A DNA stretch of 39,967 bases. It comes from a virus. Taxonomy: Duplodnaviria > Heunggongvirae > Uroviricota > Caudoviricetes > Ackermannviridae. Below the pieces are notes generated by a model, which searched no databases, was not told where the DNA came from, and saw only the letters and a list, made by a program, of their open reading frames with translations. Every line of letters starts with the position of its first letter. Within the stretch, counting starts at the first letter, position 1. Shown piece after piece: positions 16,668 to 26,708 of this stretch. The DNA lies in the IMG/VR virus record IMGVR_UViG_2974546594_000001, positions 121,536 to 161,502 of that record; one strand, written 5' to 3'. The position numbers and the translations under genes are program-made.

Positions 16668-17319
16668 GTGGGAGAAAATGCAATATGAACGTGCATTTAA
16701 CGTTTATTGCATATATATGGCGATCAAGTTGCATTTCACCACCAAAGATTTTGATTATGGTCTGTATGGGCCGATGAACAATTACAAGTTTGAAACATTC
16801 TATTCTAAACAGGGCGTGGCAAAGCAATTTGCTAAACTTGCTCGTCGGTTTGAATCTTCCCAGGGTGAAGTGGTGGAAAATTATATCATCGCCAACTTTG
16901 TTAAATCACCAAAAACATGGGTGACAACATTACTCACCCGTCAGGCTCAAGAAAATTATAATGAATATCGCCGCCTGTACGATAACTTTTCATATAATTT
17001 TCTTGACCATTTTGAACGTTATATGATTCCGGAAATAAAAGAAAGAGGTGTGAACTTTATCCAGTACATCAAAGGAAATGGGAATGGTCACCCACCGTTG
17101 CTGACAGACATTATCATCAAACGTTATCCGATTTGGTTTTTGGTTGGATTGAATAAAGTGGTGGGATTTATTCATTTATATGATACAATACTCAAGGAAG
17201 ATATTTATTGGAATTCTGAGTCGTTCTTATTGAAAAAGACTAATTCTGTGGTTCCGGATGAAAATACAGAATACACGAAAGGAAAACTCCGTGAGCTAAT
17301 CCTTGCCCACGGAATTTGA
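16657..17319 (+). CDS. 59: Helicase loader gp59
   Basis: VYCIYMAIKLHFT.K.FDY, F.KLA, YIIANFV...W. Confidence 0.88.
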   Translation: MITEWEKMQYERAFNVYCIYMAIKLHFTTKDFDYGLYGPMNNYKFETFYSKQGVAKQFAKLARRFESSQGEVVENYIIANFVKSPKTWVTTLLTRQAQENYNEYRRLYDNFSYNFLDHFERYMIPEIKERGVNFIQYIKGNGNGHPPLLTDIIIKRYPIWFLVGLNKVVGFIHLYDTILKEDIYWNSESFLLKKTNSVVPDENTEYTKGKLRELILAHGI

Positions 17320-19260
17320 TTACCAATCCCAAAGAATACGACCTGCGTCAGTACGGTTGGACGGCTCCAGTTGTGAACTGTTGAAGTTGTTTGTCGTACT
17401 GACTTTCTTCGAGTTATCAACATTTTGTTGTACAGGCATTACCACACTGGCTGGCGGGTTGGCGTAGGAAGATTTAACTTCCTCAATGTTGTTAGCCGCT
17501 CTCCCCTGAACCGGATATGCCCCACCCAGAGTACCTCCCCCGATCCCAGCATATGCATCTTTCAATTGAGAAGTGCGATCTGTTACGTTCACAGCATCCG
17601 AAGAAACCCCAGAAGGCATTGGAGTCAGCGTGCTGATATCTGCATTAGGTTGTGCTGGAGATTGACTGTTCGGTGGTACAGAGGCATTCTCAGGAGCCTT
17701 ATCGTCTTGGCTTATCAGCATAGACTGTCTTGCTTCCGCCATCTTATTCCTGGCCGCTTCACCACCCAACGCATCGGGGATAATGCTGACAAACTTATCC
17801 ACGATATCAAACATCGCATTGGTGATAGCATTCAACATGTTGAAGAAAGGTTTCTTCACGTTTTCTGCAAATCCTTTCTTCATGTCTTCAACGACTTTGT
17901 TTGCAGCCGCCATGCCGTCATCTATCAGGCCAGTTATTCCACCCGTTACCCAATCAACCAATTTTATCAATTGGCCTTGCAAGTTATCTGCAAGTTTACC
18001 AGGTATTTCGGTCAGTGATGTACTCTTCCCAATACCCGCAAACAAATCGTTGGTGACCCAATCAACAATCGAGTTCAACCAACGCACGGGCGCTTCGGTC
18101 ATTTTCAGCACTTGTTCACGGAACGCCTTTCCAAACCCAGCATTGTTCCATCCGAATATTTCAGCAACCCAATCAGCGAGATCCCCGAAACTACCGACCA
18201 GCTCTGTTATCCCTGCCTGAACCCGATCAACGATCGATACTTGCGCTTTACCAAGGATTTCTTTAGCATTAAAGAACCCTTTACCAAATTCAAATACAGA
18301 TGTTATTAACGCCAGAGGTCCAACTCGAAGCATCTTGGTTGCTGCTTTCAGGGGCGCAAGCAACCCGCCGATCCCAGCACCAAACCCCATGAATAATTTA
18401 ATGAAGCCACCAACAAGTTTTAATGGGGACATCAGGAGTTTTAACGCGCCCAATCCAAGGAGTGCCCCCAGCGCCGCGCCTAACCCAGAAGATTGACCAT
18501 CTTGTTTAGGCTCAGACGGAGGGATAGAACCAGCCTCTGGGTTGTTCTTGTTTTCCTTACCTTCTTCGCCACGACGGAATTTCTCTTCTTCTCTATATTT
18601 TTGATCACTTTCATAGATACGTGTCAGAGTATCATTAAGATCTTCGTTCATGTATCCCAATTTGTCATCAATGCTGTCGAGGCGGGTAACAGTTTCGTTA
18701 CTGGCATCTTTATTGAAATCCAGCGTGTCCTTATGCGTTTGAAGCATTATGTCAGTCAGGTTTACGATCTCCCCTCCGACCAACGCCAGCTTATCCTTTA
18801 ATCCATCAAGGCGTTCAAGACTATCTTCGTTGGCCGCGCCCAATTGATCTGATATCATGTCAAGATATTCAACTGACATGTCGTCAACCGGACCATTCGC
18901 CGCTTCGCCAAATTTTTCTATTTTGGTTGCGATTCGCATCAGTTCTTCATTTCCGTCCTTGGAAAGACTGACGGTGTCTTTCATCCAAGTGCTGTAATCC
19001 CTTGTGAAAATAGGACTGACGCGGACAAACCCACCAACAATATCATTCACCGATGGGAATTTGATTGGAGGGACTTTCTGCTCCTGATTAGACGCCTGGC
19101 GTGTCTTCAGAGATTGCAGTTGTTTGTTGACATCTGCGAGCTGTTTATTCGTCTCGGATTGGGCGCGCAATTGCTTGCGCTCCATCATTTCTTTTTTGAT
19201 TTTATCCAAAACCTTGACGATGTCTTGCTGCCCTGGTGTCGGTTGATTGTTATCTGCCAT
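17320..19260 (-). CDS. Tail tape-measure / baseplate hub protein (gp29-like)
   Basis: 646 aa, helical and Gly/Leu-rich hydrophobic centre, located in the baseplate operon. Confidence 0.7.
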   Translation of the reverse strand: MADNNQPTPGQQDIVKVLDKIKKEMMERKQLRAQSETNKQLADVNKQLQSLKTRQASNQEQKVPPIKFPSVNDIVGGFVRVSPIFTRDYSTWMKDTVSLSKDGNEELMRIATKIEKFGEAANGPVDDMSVEYLDMISDQLGAANEDSLERLDGLKDKLALVGGEIVNLTDIMLQTHKDTLDFNKDASNETVTRLDSIDDKLGYMNEDLNDTLTRIYESDQKYREEEKFRRGEEGKENKNNPEAGSIPPSEPKQDGQSSGLGAALGALLGLGALKLLMSPLKLVGGFIKLFMGFGAGIGGLLAPLKAATKMLRVGPLALITSVFEFGKGFFNAKEILGKAQVSIVDRVQAGITELVGSFGDLADWVAEIFGWNNAGFGKAFREQVLKMTEAPVRWLNSIVDWVTNDLFAGIGKSTSLTEIPGKLADNLQGQLIKLVDWVTGGITGLIDDGMAAANKVVEDMKKGFAENVKKPFFNMLNAITNAMFDIVDKFVSIIPDALGGEAARNKMAEARQSMLISQDDKAPENASVPPNSQSPAQPNADISTLTPMPSGVSSDAVNVTDRTSQLKDAYAGIGGGTLGGAYPVQGRAANNIEEVKSSYANPPASVVMPVQQNVDNSKKVSTTNNFNSSQLEPSNRTDAGRILWDW

Positions 19261-19270
19261 TTGTCACCTC

Positions 19271-20659
19271 TCAGACCTTCTGGGCTTGTCCTTTCTCTAT
19301 TGGCGTCGGAGTTGGTGTAGAAGCCACAGTTTGACCAGTCTGAGGCGGTAAGACCTTCTGGATCATACTATCTTTGGCAATCTCGGCGACGCATTGATAA
19401 TCATTTGTCAGGCGTGAAATCTTATGGCGTATCTTTGTGACGATATAATGGCCTGTTGATAACTTACTTAACTCGGCAATGTTTTCATTAGATTTCGGGC
19501 GGTTCGACAAATCTTCAATATAATAAACCTGCCCAACATTCAGACGGTTATCCCCCACGACCAGCAAACGCATAACCGTTGACGCGAGGCTGAATTCTAT
19601 AACGCGTCGTGCGTAATCTATTTGTTCGGCACCATCCGGTTGCGCTTCAATGTACCTAACGTTCTCGCGGTCGAATTGATCAGAGAACAAAGGGAAAGGA
19701 TCAAGGTGAGCCGTGCTGTCAAACCATTCTGAATAAATGCGTTGGGTCGCTGTCGTGGATTTTGTACTAAAGTCATACACGCGCTCGTTCACTGCCAAGA
19801 TATCCCGATAATTCGCCATGTACTGATCACGCGCCAGTTTCTTTTCAGCCTTGATGATCGTCCGCATAAAACGTTCGGAGTTGAAGTTGTTGTCTTGCAT
19901 CAACGGGGCATCTTGAGGATCACGGAAGAATTTCTTTTCCGCGCTTGCCTCTTGTTTCTCTTCAGCAGTCATGGACTGATTGCCCTGGTTGAACAATGTC
20001 GTCATGCTCTTGAAGTGATAGCCTGTGAAGTCTTCATAGAAAACAAATGGCATAAACAATTCGTCGTATGCGCGGCTGGCCATATAATCGATGGAACGAA
20101 GTACAGGCCAAAGAGGAGTTGCGAATCGTTCTTGCACACCATACGACGGATCTATGTCTTCAAATTTGGTTCGAGAATTTAACTGCTCAAAAATCTTGGC
20201 CGCCATTTCTGAATAAGAACCGCTCAGTCCGATAGACTTACGCAGCATGCTGTCACGGTACGCATCTGTTGTCACCAAGTGCAGCCAAAATGCTTTTTTA
20301 GATGATGAATTGGATTCATCCGCAACTCTGCCCACCCGACTCACGCGCAATGAGAGAGTAGTGTAATCAGAAGCCGCTGGTGATTTGAATGACACCACTA
20401 CTTCTTCACCGCCAAGTATCGGCATTGTGTCCAATATATCCCAACCTTCTTTTATCAAGATATTGGCTGTCAGTGAAGGAGAAGCATTACCTTCCAAACC
20501 AAGATCTTGGTAGACGTTGAATTCTTGAAATAAAGAAGACAGGTCATATGGTCTTGGCGTACCACCTTCTGGAGTATGTGGTAGGATCGCCATATACTTC
20601 AAATCAAATGTGGTGGACGGTGTTAAAATGCCGTCTTGGGATTCTTTATTTTCGATCAT
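19271..20659 (-). CDS. Baseplate hub protein (gp27/GpD-like)
   Basis: D..PI.GGE.V..SF, FVFYED..G.HFKS, GD..L.VG, G.Y.VTKIRH motifs. Confidence 0.75.
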   Translation of the reverse strand: MIENKESQDGILTPSTTFDLKYMAILPHTPEGGTPRPYDLSSLFQEFNVYQDLGLEGNASPSLTANILIKEGWDILDTMPILGGEEVVVSFKSPAASDYTTLSLRVSRVGRVADESNSSSKKAFWLHLVTTDAYRDSMLRKSIGLSGSYSEMAAKIFEQLNSRTKFEDIDPSYGVQERFATPLWPVLRSIDYMASRAYDELFMPFVFYEDFTGYHFKSMTTLFNQGNQSMTAEEKQEASAEKKFFRDPQDAPLMQDNNFNSERFMRTIIKAEKKLARDQYMANYRDILAVNERVYDFSTKSTTATQRIYSEWFDSTAHLDPFPLFSDQFDRENVRYIEAQPDGAEQIDYARRVIEFSLASTVMRLLVVGDNRLNVGQVYYIEDLSNRPKSNENIAELSKLSTGHYIVTKIRHKISRLTNDYQCVAEIAKDSMIQKVLPPQTGQTVASTPTPTPIEKGQAQKV

Positions 20660-21213
20660 TTGGTCAGCTCCTGTTCCAGCTGATTAACAAAGGAAGAAAC
20701 ATAATCTGGATCGAGCACTTGGATGTTACGTTTGGCTTCGTTTTTGTTTATTGCATCATCGTGATATGTAATGCCAGTCAGCCCGTAATTCGCGATGATT
20801 GTCGCGTCGTCCATAGCGCCAAGGCCATATGCCAAACGGATAGCGCGGGGATCTGTTTCATTCCCAAATTCGTCAACGTAGTATTTTACGTCCCACATCC
20901 CATCGAGTCCATAACGAGCAGTTAGCTCTTCAATGATTCTGCGTTCTGGTTTTGGCCAGTCTTCTGTGATATCCATGATACCATTGATAAGACATGGTAT
21001 CCAGAACAACTCGAAGGAACCATAGACCCGTTCCGCAAAAGACCTTGGGGTTTCCCCATCGAAAACAGTATAAGGCAGGAGAAGCCCTTCTATGTCCCGA
21101 ATTTTCTTAACAACCATAACCCGTCGTGTCAAGTTTTGCAACAGGACTTGGTCATTTTCTTTGACACCAATTAGTTGATGCCATACGAGTGGAAATTTCT
21201 CAAAATATTTCAT
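20656..21213 (-). CDS. 53: Baseplate wedge protein gp53
   Basis: YFEKFP, Y.V.DGETP..FA..VYG...L.WI...NG.....DWP (LysM-like). Confidence 0.88.
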   Translation of the reverse strand: MKYFEKFPLVWHQLIGVKENDQVLLQNLTRRVMVVKKIRDIEGLLLPYTVFDGETPRSFAERVYGSFELFWIPCLINGIMDITEDWPKPERRIIEELTARYGLDGMWDVKYYVDEFGNETDPRAIRLAYGLGAMDDATIIANYGLTGITYHDDAINKNEAKRNIQVLDPDYVSSFVNQLEQELTK

Positions 21214-21225
21214 GGCATCTTCCCC

Positions 21226-22194
21226 TTAGAAGCTGTCGCCTTCGGTATCAAAGCGGCCTTTGTGCAACGGTTCCAGTTCAATAAATGTCATGTCAATCTG
21301 GGTTGACACGATGCTATCATCTTTGTGGACAGCATATGAAGAATCCGGCGTCTCGTTGACAAACATGTTTGACAAAACACAAGTCGATATTCGATGTAAC
21401 CATTTATTGCGTTCTACCTGCACCATGAACGTGATGTCAAATGTGGAAGGGTGCAGGTAGAACGCGCTGGAATTCTTGTTGTACTTGTATTCGGGGTACA
21501 TATGCATCTTGAACAGACGAATGATTTCCCTCACCATTTTCGCCTCTTTTTGAGATCGAGGAGTGAATTTAAAGGTGAATGGAATTTCGCGGTTGCGCAC
21601 CCCTTGGAATATCATTTCTACATATGGGTTTGTCATTGTACCTGTAAACAATTCTAATGTATCATGAGCATTAATTGTCGGCAAGAAAGGAATTGCTTCC
21701 GAAGCAGATTGAATCGCCTTTGTGGCAGCAAATCGCCCCATTTCTTTTCCCACGTTTAATGCATCGCCAAGTTTGAATTGGCTCATATCTTGGGCGGCGC
21801 GTGATAAGAATTGGGCACCCATACCAGCTAACCCTAACTCAGATCCGTTCCAACCAACGCCATAGTTGGTTGTAATAGATTCAGGCATGCATAACACTAT
21901 CGACTCATTAGAACGGACATGACGTGCCCAAGCATATTTGCTGATAGAACCTGATTTAGAACCATAAACCACAGGAGTTTTTCCCAGTGGGTTTTGGATA
22001 GGGTTCTCAACGGTTTGAGTCGTTGTGTCGCCGTATGACGATCCTGATATGCGGTTAATATTGAATAAAACATAATGACCGAGGGTTTTACCCCCCGTTA
22101 TATCCAACGGATAGACCAATTGCTTCTGAGACTTGGCCAAGCCTTTTGTGTTCAGAACTTTGATCTTATCGATGGTCGACTTGAAATTCGCCAT
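21226..22194 (-). CDS. 48: Baseplate tail-tube cap gp48
   Basis: L.YPLD, L.MP.SI...YGV.W, NP..E.IF.GV..R...FTFKFTPRS.KEA, P.TF.I.F, F.ELEPL. Confidence 0.88.
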   Translation of the reverse strand: MANFKSTIDKIKVLNTKGLAKSQKQLVYPLDITGGKTLGHYVLFNINRISGSSYGDTTTQTVENPIQNPLGKTPVVYGSKSGSISKYAWARHVRSNESIVLCMPESITTNYGVGWNGSELGLAGMGAQFLSRAAQDMSQFKLGDALNVGKEMGRFAATKAIQSASEAIPFLPTINAHDTLELFTGTMTNPYVEMIFQGVRNREIPFTFKFTPRSQKEAKMVREIIRLFKMHMYPEYKYNKNSSAFYLHPSTFDITFMVQVERNKWLHRISTCVLSNMFVNETPDSSYAVHKDDSIVSTQIDMTFIELEPLHKGRFDTEGDSF

Positions 22195-22231
22195 GGTCTG
22201 AAGCCCTTTAATTAGAATAGAGTGATGACAC

Positions 22232-22238
22232 TATTTAG
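22232..22238 (-). promoter_or_regulatory. Candidate late promoter CTAAATA for the gp48-gp53-hub-tape measure operon
   Basis: Only late-type box upstream of the operon, 38 nt before the ATG. Confidence 0.6.
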
Positions 22239-22247
22239 GACTAGAAT

Positions 22248-22988
22248 ATGGCTATGTATCTCGTATACCAAATTACCAATCTGATAAACAATAAAATATA
22301 TGTTGGGGTTCATAAAGGAACTCCAGATGATGGTTATATGGGTTCTGGCCGAGTTATAACAAGAGCGATATTGAAATATGGTGTTGAGAATTTCCGCAAA
22401 GATATATTGAAAGTTTGTAAAACATCAGAAGAAATGTATGATGAAGAATTCAGGATAGTGAATCAAGAATTTATAGATAGAGATGACACATATAATTTAA
22501 CATGCGGTGGGCGTGGTTCATTTACGCACATAAATTCGGATCCATTAATCAGGGCCAACGCTTCGGAGAAGGCTCTCAAAACCCTAAGTTTAAAATCAAA
22601 AGACGAATTACAAAGAATTTACAAATCTAGGGGATTTCCTGGAGAAAGAAATTTTTGGTTTGGTAAAAACAGGTCCGGTGAAAATAACCCAAGATTTGGC
22701 TGTGTAATGGAACAAGAAACAAAGGACAAAATAAGAAATTCCAACAAGAAAAGAGTGGAATCCGGCCTCGTGGATTATTCTAATTGCAAAGGACCAATCA
22801 CGAAAGAAGGGAAGAACGCAATATCCCAAGCGAACTCCAGAGAATTCAAATTTGTTAATCCAGAAGGAAATTTAGTCACAGTCATCAACCTTTCCAAATT
22901 CTGTAAAGAAAATGAATTGAGCGAAGGATCTATGAGACATGTCCATAACGGCCGAAACATACAACATAAAGGTTGGAGGAAAGCATAA
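22248..22988 (+). CDS. Free-standing GIY-YIG (Seg-like) homing endonuclease
   Basis: YLVYQITNLINNKIYVG.H......YMGSG; NUMOD3-like GENNPRFG....ETK.KI; AT-rich. Confidence 0.9.
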   Translation: MAMYLVYQITNLINNKIYVGVHKGTPDDGYMGSGRVITRAILKYGVENFRKDILKVCKTSEEMYDEEFRIVNQEFIDRDDTYNLTCGGRGSFTHINSDPLIRANASEKALKTLSLKSKDELQRIYKSRGFPGERNFWFGKNRSGENNPRFGCVMEQETKDKIRNSNKKRVESGLVDYSNCKGPITKEGKNAISQANSREFKFVNPEGNLVTVINLSKFCKENELSEGSMRHVHNGRNIQHKGWRKA

Positions 22989-23608
22989 TGGCATCGTATT
23001 TACAAGGAAAATTTATTCCCAACAATCCTCAAAAATATGTCGGAGACGTAAAAGATATTGTGTTTCGATCCTCTTTAGAATTGGTTGCATTCAAATTCTG
23101 TGACATGAATCCTGCTATCGTGAAGTGGGGTTCGGAAACTTGTGTAATCCCTTACATATCTCCGGTTGATGGCCGCGCCCATCGTTATTTCATGGATTTG
23201 AAGGTTTGGACTCGTCGGCAGGATTCTGATGAATTACAAATTACTCTTATTGAAATAAAACCCAAAGACCAGATTAAAGAACCTCGCAAAACTAAAACGA
23301 TGAAGGAATCAACGTTCAATAATTCGATGCGTACATGGTTGGTGAACCAAGCGAAATGGACCGCCACCAAAGAGCATTGTGCTAAAGTTGGTTGGAAATT
23401 CATTATTTGGACGGAAGAGCATTTGGTACCAGGAGAAGATCCTGAAGTTAAAAAACAGTTTGCACTACGTTCTAAGAAAAAGCGCGAGGTCGAAATAGAA
23501 GATCGACGTCGCGCTCAAAGAATTAATGCGTTGAAAGAGCAGATGAAAAAGGAAACTTCGAACAAACAAACGACAAACCCTGAAGATGACGGTTTGTTGT
23601 TACCCTGA
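22988..23608 (+). CDS. 4: Head completion nuclease gp4
   Basis: G.F.P.NP.KY.GD...I.FRSS.E, WGSE...IPY.SP.DGR.HRYF.D, IEIKP..Q, NQAKW. Confidence 0.92.
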   Translation: MASYLQGKFIPNNPQKYVGDVKDIVFRSSLELVAFKFCDMNPAIVKWGSETCVIPYISPVDGRAHRYFMDLKVWTRRQDSDELQITLIEIKPKDQIKEPRKTKTMKESTFNNSMRTWLVNQAKWTATKEHCAKVGWKFIIWTEEHLVPGEDPEVKKQFALRSKKKREVEIEDRRRAQRINALKEQMKKETSNKQTTNPEDDGLLLP

Positions 23609-23818
23609 TTTCCTTGGATGTCCAGGGGCAAAACAAGTTTGTTTGTCCCTGCATATCACCCATCCTTCCGAACGGGCTTGTCTAGCACAATCAGCCCAAG
23701 TTTCACCAGCATAAGTTTTCATCCCGCATCTGGGGTGGTGCTCTTGCCATGCCCAATCACAAGATTTGCATTCCACGCATTCACAATACAAATCTAACGT
23801 GTATCCTGCGGTAATCAT
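23600..23818 (-). CDS. Small Cys-rich hypothetical protein (72 aa)
   Basis: CECVECKSC ... CFAPGH; last gene of minus-strand operon. Confidence 0.7.
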   Translation of the reverse strand: MITAGYTLDLYCECVECKSCDWAWQEHHPRCGMKTYAGETWADCARQARSEGWVICRDKQTCFAPGHPRKSG

Positions 23819-24226
23819 TTAATCTGCCAGGCGTTCGTAAATTTTTTGACGGAACTCATTCCCTTTTGCACAACCTGTTGCCAGCAAACGAGTACCGCCT
23901 GTCCCGATAACGCTGATCGTTGAAAATCTGAAAATACGACCTGTGATGGACTGATCCACTTTGATGGTCTCAACTTTGCCCAGGCGAAGTTCATCAGCAT
24001 CACGACGGATAAATCCTCGTTTTACGATAACCCGTTTGTTGGTGACTGCGAATTCCGTGGTCATCACATTCAAGATAGTTGGGATCAGGAATAACAAACT
24101 GAAACCAAATGTTGGAATAATTGTTAAAGCGACGAGAACATAAATCCAGAAGCCGCTCCACCAAGTAGGACGGGTAAAGGCAACCACATGTTCATTTTCG
24201 CCCAGCATACGATCGACGTAACGCAT
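23819..24226 (-). CDS. Membrane protein with bacterial PH (bPH_2-like) domain
   Basis: Two-TM hairpin followed by FAVTNKRVIVKRG..RR...L..V.TI.VDQS..GR.F.....V.GTG. Confidence 0.75.
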   Translation of the reverse strand: MRYVDRMLGENEHVVAFTRPTWWSGFWIYVLVALTIIPTFGFSLLFLIPTILNVMTTEFAVTNKRVIVKRGFIRRDADELRLGKVETIKVDQSITGRIFRFSTISVIGTGGTRLLATGCAKGNEFRQKIYERLAD

Positions 24227-24227
24227 T

Positions 24228-24749
24228 TTAATTCCTTACTTTGTCAGGGTTAGATAAGATTTGTTCGTATCCGACTTCTCCTTGATAGTCGAAAACGTGC
24301 TGGAGAATCGCCATATCGTCCACCATCCGATAAACTTCAATTCCAGCGTTCATCAATTTTTTGATTCCATCCATGATACGATATGGCTCTTGATAATATA
24401 CTTTATCGATCTTGCCGTTGTCGATGATCTTCTGAGTGCAATCAGGGCATGGGCTATGTGTCACAAACATAACCAACCCTGTGAAATCATCTGCATTTTC
24501 GGGGATACGCATTAGAGCATTTTCCTCCGCATGAACAACACACGGGTTTGTAACAATTTGCCCGTGTTGTTCCATCTCACAAACATTCGGCATGCCAGGA
24601 GGCGTTCCGTTCCATCCGATAGCCACAGGCTGATCAGTTTCGGGGTTTACGATAACACAACCGACTTGCAGACGCCGAGCATAACTGGTTACACCATATG
24701 CTGCAGCTGATCGCATATGAGCAAACATCATACGTGGTTTGATAGCCAT
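24228..24749 (-). CDS. cd: dCMP deaminase
   Basis: VG.VIV, GWNG.P.G...C, HAEENA, THSPCPDC. Confidence 0.92.
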   Translation of the reverse strand: MAIKPRMMFAHMRSAAAYGVTSYARRLQVGCVIVNPETDQPVAIGWNGTPPGMPNVCEMEQHGQIVTNPCVVHAEENALMRIPENADDFTGLVMFVTHSPCPDCTQKIIDNGKIDKVYYQEPYRIMDGIKKLMNAGIEVYRMVDDMAILQHVFDYQGEVGYEQILSNPDKVRN

Positions 24750-25066
24750 TATTTTACCAGAGCCTTTTCAAGGAAGAAGATCATGTCATCCTGGTCGGCA
24801 CGGCCAAAGATCTGACCGAGGGATACCATGGAATGAACCTCTTTGACAATCAGTTCTTTTCCTGTTGCACCGCTGTTGTCCAGTTCGAGAATTGTAGACA
24901 TGCGCTCAACCATATGAGGTGGATGATTGATATAACGTTGAAGATACTTTTCACGCAACGCAATTTTTTCGATAAGATCTGACATCTCTGCGTTCTCTTC
25001 AGAATACAAGCGTTCTTTAGATTTCAGTTCTTCGAGGCGTTCGTACATTTCTTTTAATGAAATCAT
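24749..25066 (-). CDS. Hypothetical coiled-coil protein (105 aa)
   Basis: ATG 25066 after GGAG SD. Confidence 0.75.
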   Translation of the reverse strand: MISLKEMYERLEELKSKERLYSEENAEMSDLIEKIALREKYLQRYINHPPHMVERMSTILELDNSGATGKELIVKEVHSMVSLGQIFGRADQDDMIFFLEKALVK

Positions 25067-25087
25067 GTTTGTCTCTCCCAATAAAAC

Positions 25088-25118
25088 AAGGGGAAGTATA
25101 CCTTCCCCTTCTTCAATA
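25088..25118 (-). promoter_or_regulatory. TATTGAA-N11-TATACT promoter with the -10 at the apex of a perfect 9-bp terminator-like hairpin
   Basis: Minus strand: TATTGAAG-AAGGGGAAG-GTATA-CTTCCCCTT-GTTTTATT. Confidence 0.65.
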
Positions 25119-25128
25119 AAATAAATTA

Positions 25129-25479
25129 TTATTCAGTACAAGCTCGACCAAGTTCAGTCAGGCGGTAGAATGTTACTTCTGATTTCGGCCAATGCTTATA
25201 CTCTTCAGAATCATCATGAACCATAGTGAATGAAGGTTCGATCAGACCTTTAGATAATAATGATTGCCCCGAACGTGTATCCCACGGATCACCTTTTACA
25301 GAACGAAACCCACCCGCAATCGGAGGGACATGGAATGTCCATACTGTCTTGCCCTTTTCATTTGTCCAAGACTTCGGATTGAAATACCAATGACAAAGGC
25401 GTCTGTCATCATGGGTTTCAAAATTCAACATTCCCAGAAGGACACAGAGTTGATGTCCTGTGATACGTGGCTTTTTCAT
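25129..25479 (-). CDS. Hypothetical protein (116 aa), possible winged-helix C-terminus
   Basis: Packed ORF; SL..KGLI...Y.LT.LG motif. Confidence 0.72.
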   Translation of the reverse strand: MKKPRITGHQLCVLLGMLNFETHDDRRLCHWYFNPKSWTNEKGKTVWTFHVPPIAGGFRSVKGDPWDTRSGQSLLSKGLIEPSFTMVHDDSEEYKHWPKSEVTFYRLTELGRACTE

Positions 25480-25808
25480 AAGATCCCCAAATCAGTAAGG
25501 TAACGATAAGACAGGACTACAGATAGAAATCCTATTAATGCCCAAGACGAAATGATAGGCTTACAATTGATCGTCGTCTTCCCATTGGGTATGTTAGGAC
25601 TTCCGGTAATGACAGTCGAATCCGTTTTAGCTCTCAACGTCATGACAGCACCCATAAGAATGATTGGACGTACATAATGTCCTTCATTATTGCGTTTTAC
25701 AATACATGGTGAAGAAAATCGCAAGAACGGGTCGCCACTTTTATAACCGAATAGCTCGACCTTTTCTATTTCTTCGGGAACCTTTTGTCCAGGAAAGAAT
25801 ATTCTCAT
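25476..25808 (-). CDS. Hypothetical protein with C-terminal hydrophobic segment (110 aa)
   Basis: ATGA overlaps on both sides. Confidence 0.72.
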   Translation of the reverse strand: MRIFFPGQKVPEEIEKVELFGYKSGDPFLRFSSPCIVKRNNEGHYVRPIILMGAVMTLRAKTDSTVITGSPNIPNGKTTINCKPIISSWALIGFLSVVLSYRYLTDLGIL

Positions 25809-26365
25809 ATTATGATTCCTAAATTTGTGTATAACAATTCAGCCAGAGTAACAGGTCGTTTGAATTGTTCCCAGCTACAGTTCAGATATTCACGTTCTTC
25901 GCGGATCTTTTCGTGAAGATGTCCATGGATATTATACGCCCAACGATCTAATTGATACGGAACGTGTGTAGTCAAAACCGGACCGACAGAAGTATCCCGC
26001 TCGTACATGGCACCAAACGAGGTAATCCAGCCCTCTAGATACAACCGCATTAACATTTTGAAACTGTCATGGTTGCCCTGTGCCACCCTGATGATAAAGT
26101 TCGGACGCCAGTCATCGGGGACAGGGTGACGCTTGAACTCATCAAGGTTCCGCTTGGCACCCTCTCGCATCAGACGGATGAAGCCCTCAGCGCCGATAAA
26201 GCAGATGTCCCCCGCCAGTTCAAGGACATCCCGAGATTTCAGCCCTTGAAATATGCTGTCTATAACCGCAGCGTCATGGGCTTCTTGTGTATCGAACCCA
26301 CGGAGCTTGAAGATCTTCTTGTGTCCAAGGTGGGTGTCACCCAGGTGCTTAACAATTCCTGCCAT
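25805..26365 (-). CDS. Calcineurin-like metallophosphoesterase
   Basis: DTHLGH, LAGDI, GNHD, TH.P, NIHGHLH; ATG 26365 after GAGGAGG. Confidence 0.9.
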   Translation of the reverse strand: MAGIVKHLGDTHLGHKKIFKLRGFDTQEAHDAAVIDSIFQGLKSRDVLELAGDICFIGAEGFIRLMREGAKRNLDEFKRHPVPDDWRPNFIIRVAQGNHDSFKMLMRLYLEGWITSFGAMYERDTSVGPVLTTHVPYQLDRWAYNIHGHLHEKIREEREYLNCSWEQFKRPVTLAELLYTNLGIII

Positions 26366-26706
26366 TATGGCCTCCTCAGCCATTCTAAAATCGGCACGTT
26401 CACAAACCCTTTATGCCAGCGATGTGGTTTGTGGCCTCTGTTATGTTCCAATAAGCACGTATCGGGAGGAACACTGAAGTGAATGCCTTCGATGTCATAA
26501 TAATTCCCATCAATCAGAGTGTATACATGACCTTCGATCTGACTGTAATGGATCTCTGCTTGAGGATACACATGCTTCAGAACCAGAGCAACCTGATAGC
26601 ACTTTCCGTTCTTCCCAACATACTCAACATCCACCTGTTGTGGGAAGACGTCTTTGATAAGATTTATCAATCTCGTGATGTCATTTACAACAACTGAACG
26701 TTTCAT
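26365..26706 (-). CDS. Hypothetical protein (113 aa)
   Basis: G.CYQ.A..L......H.....GH.Y..IDG.YYDI.G, a papain-like Cys/His pattern (tentative). Confidence 0.72.
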   Translation of the reverse strand: MKRSVVVNDITRLINLIKDVFPQQVDVEYVGKNGKCYQVALVLKHVYPQAEIHYSQIEGHVYTLIDGNYYDIEGIHFSVPPDTCLLEHNRGHKPHRWHKGFVNVPILEWLRRP

Positions 26707-26708
26707 CT

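Noticed and set aside
17425-18801. Long plus-strand ORFs (197, 145, 102 aa) opposite the tape measure gene, and similar shadows at 100..582, 13891..14361, 14882..15391, 19742..20182, 31281..31706
   Set aside because: Antisense to well-supported genes, without SD or recognisable domains.
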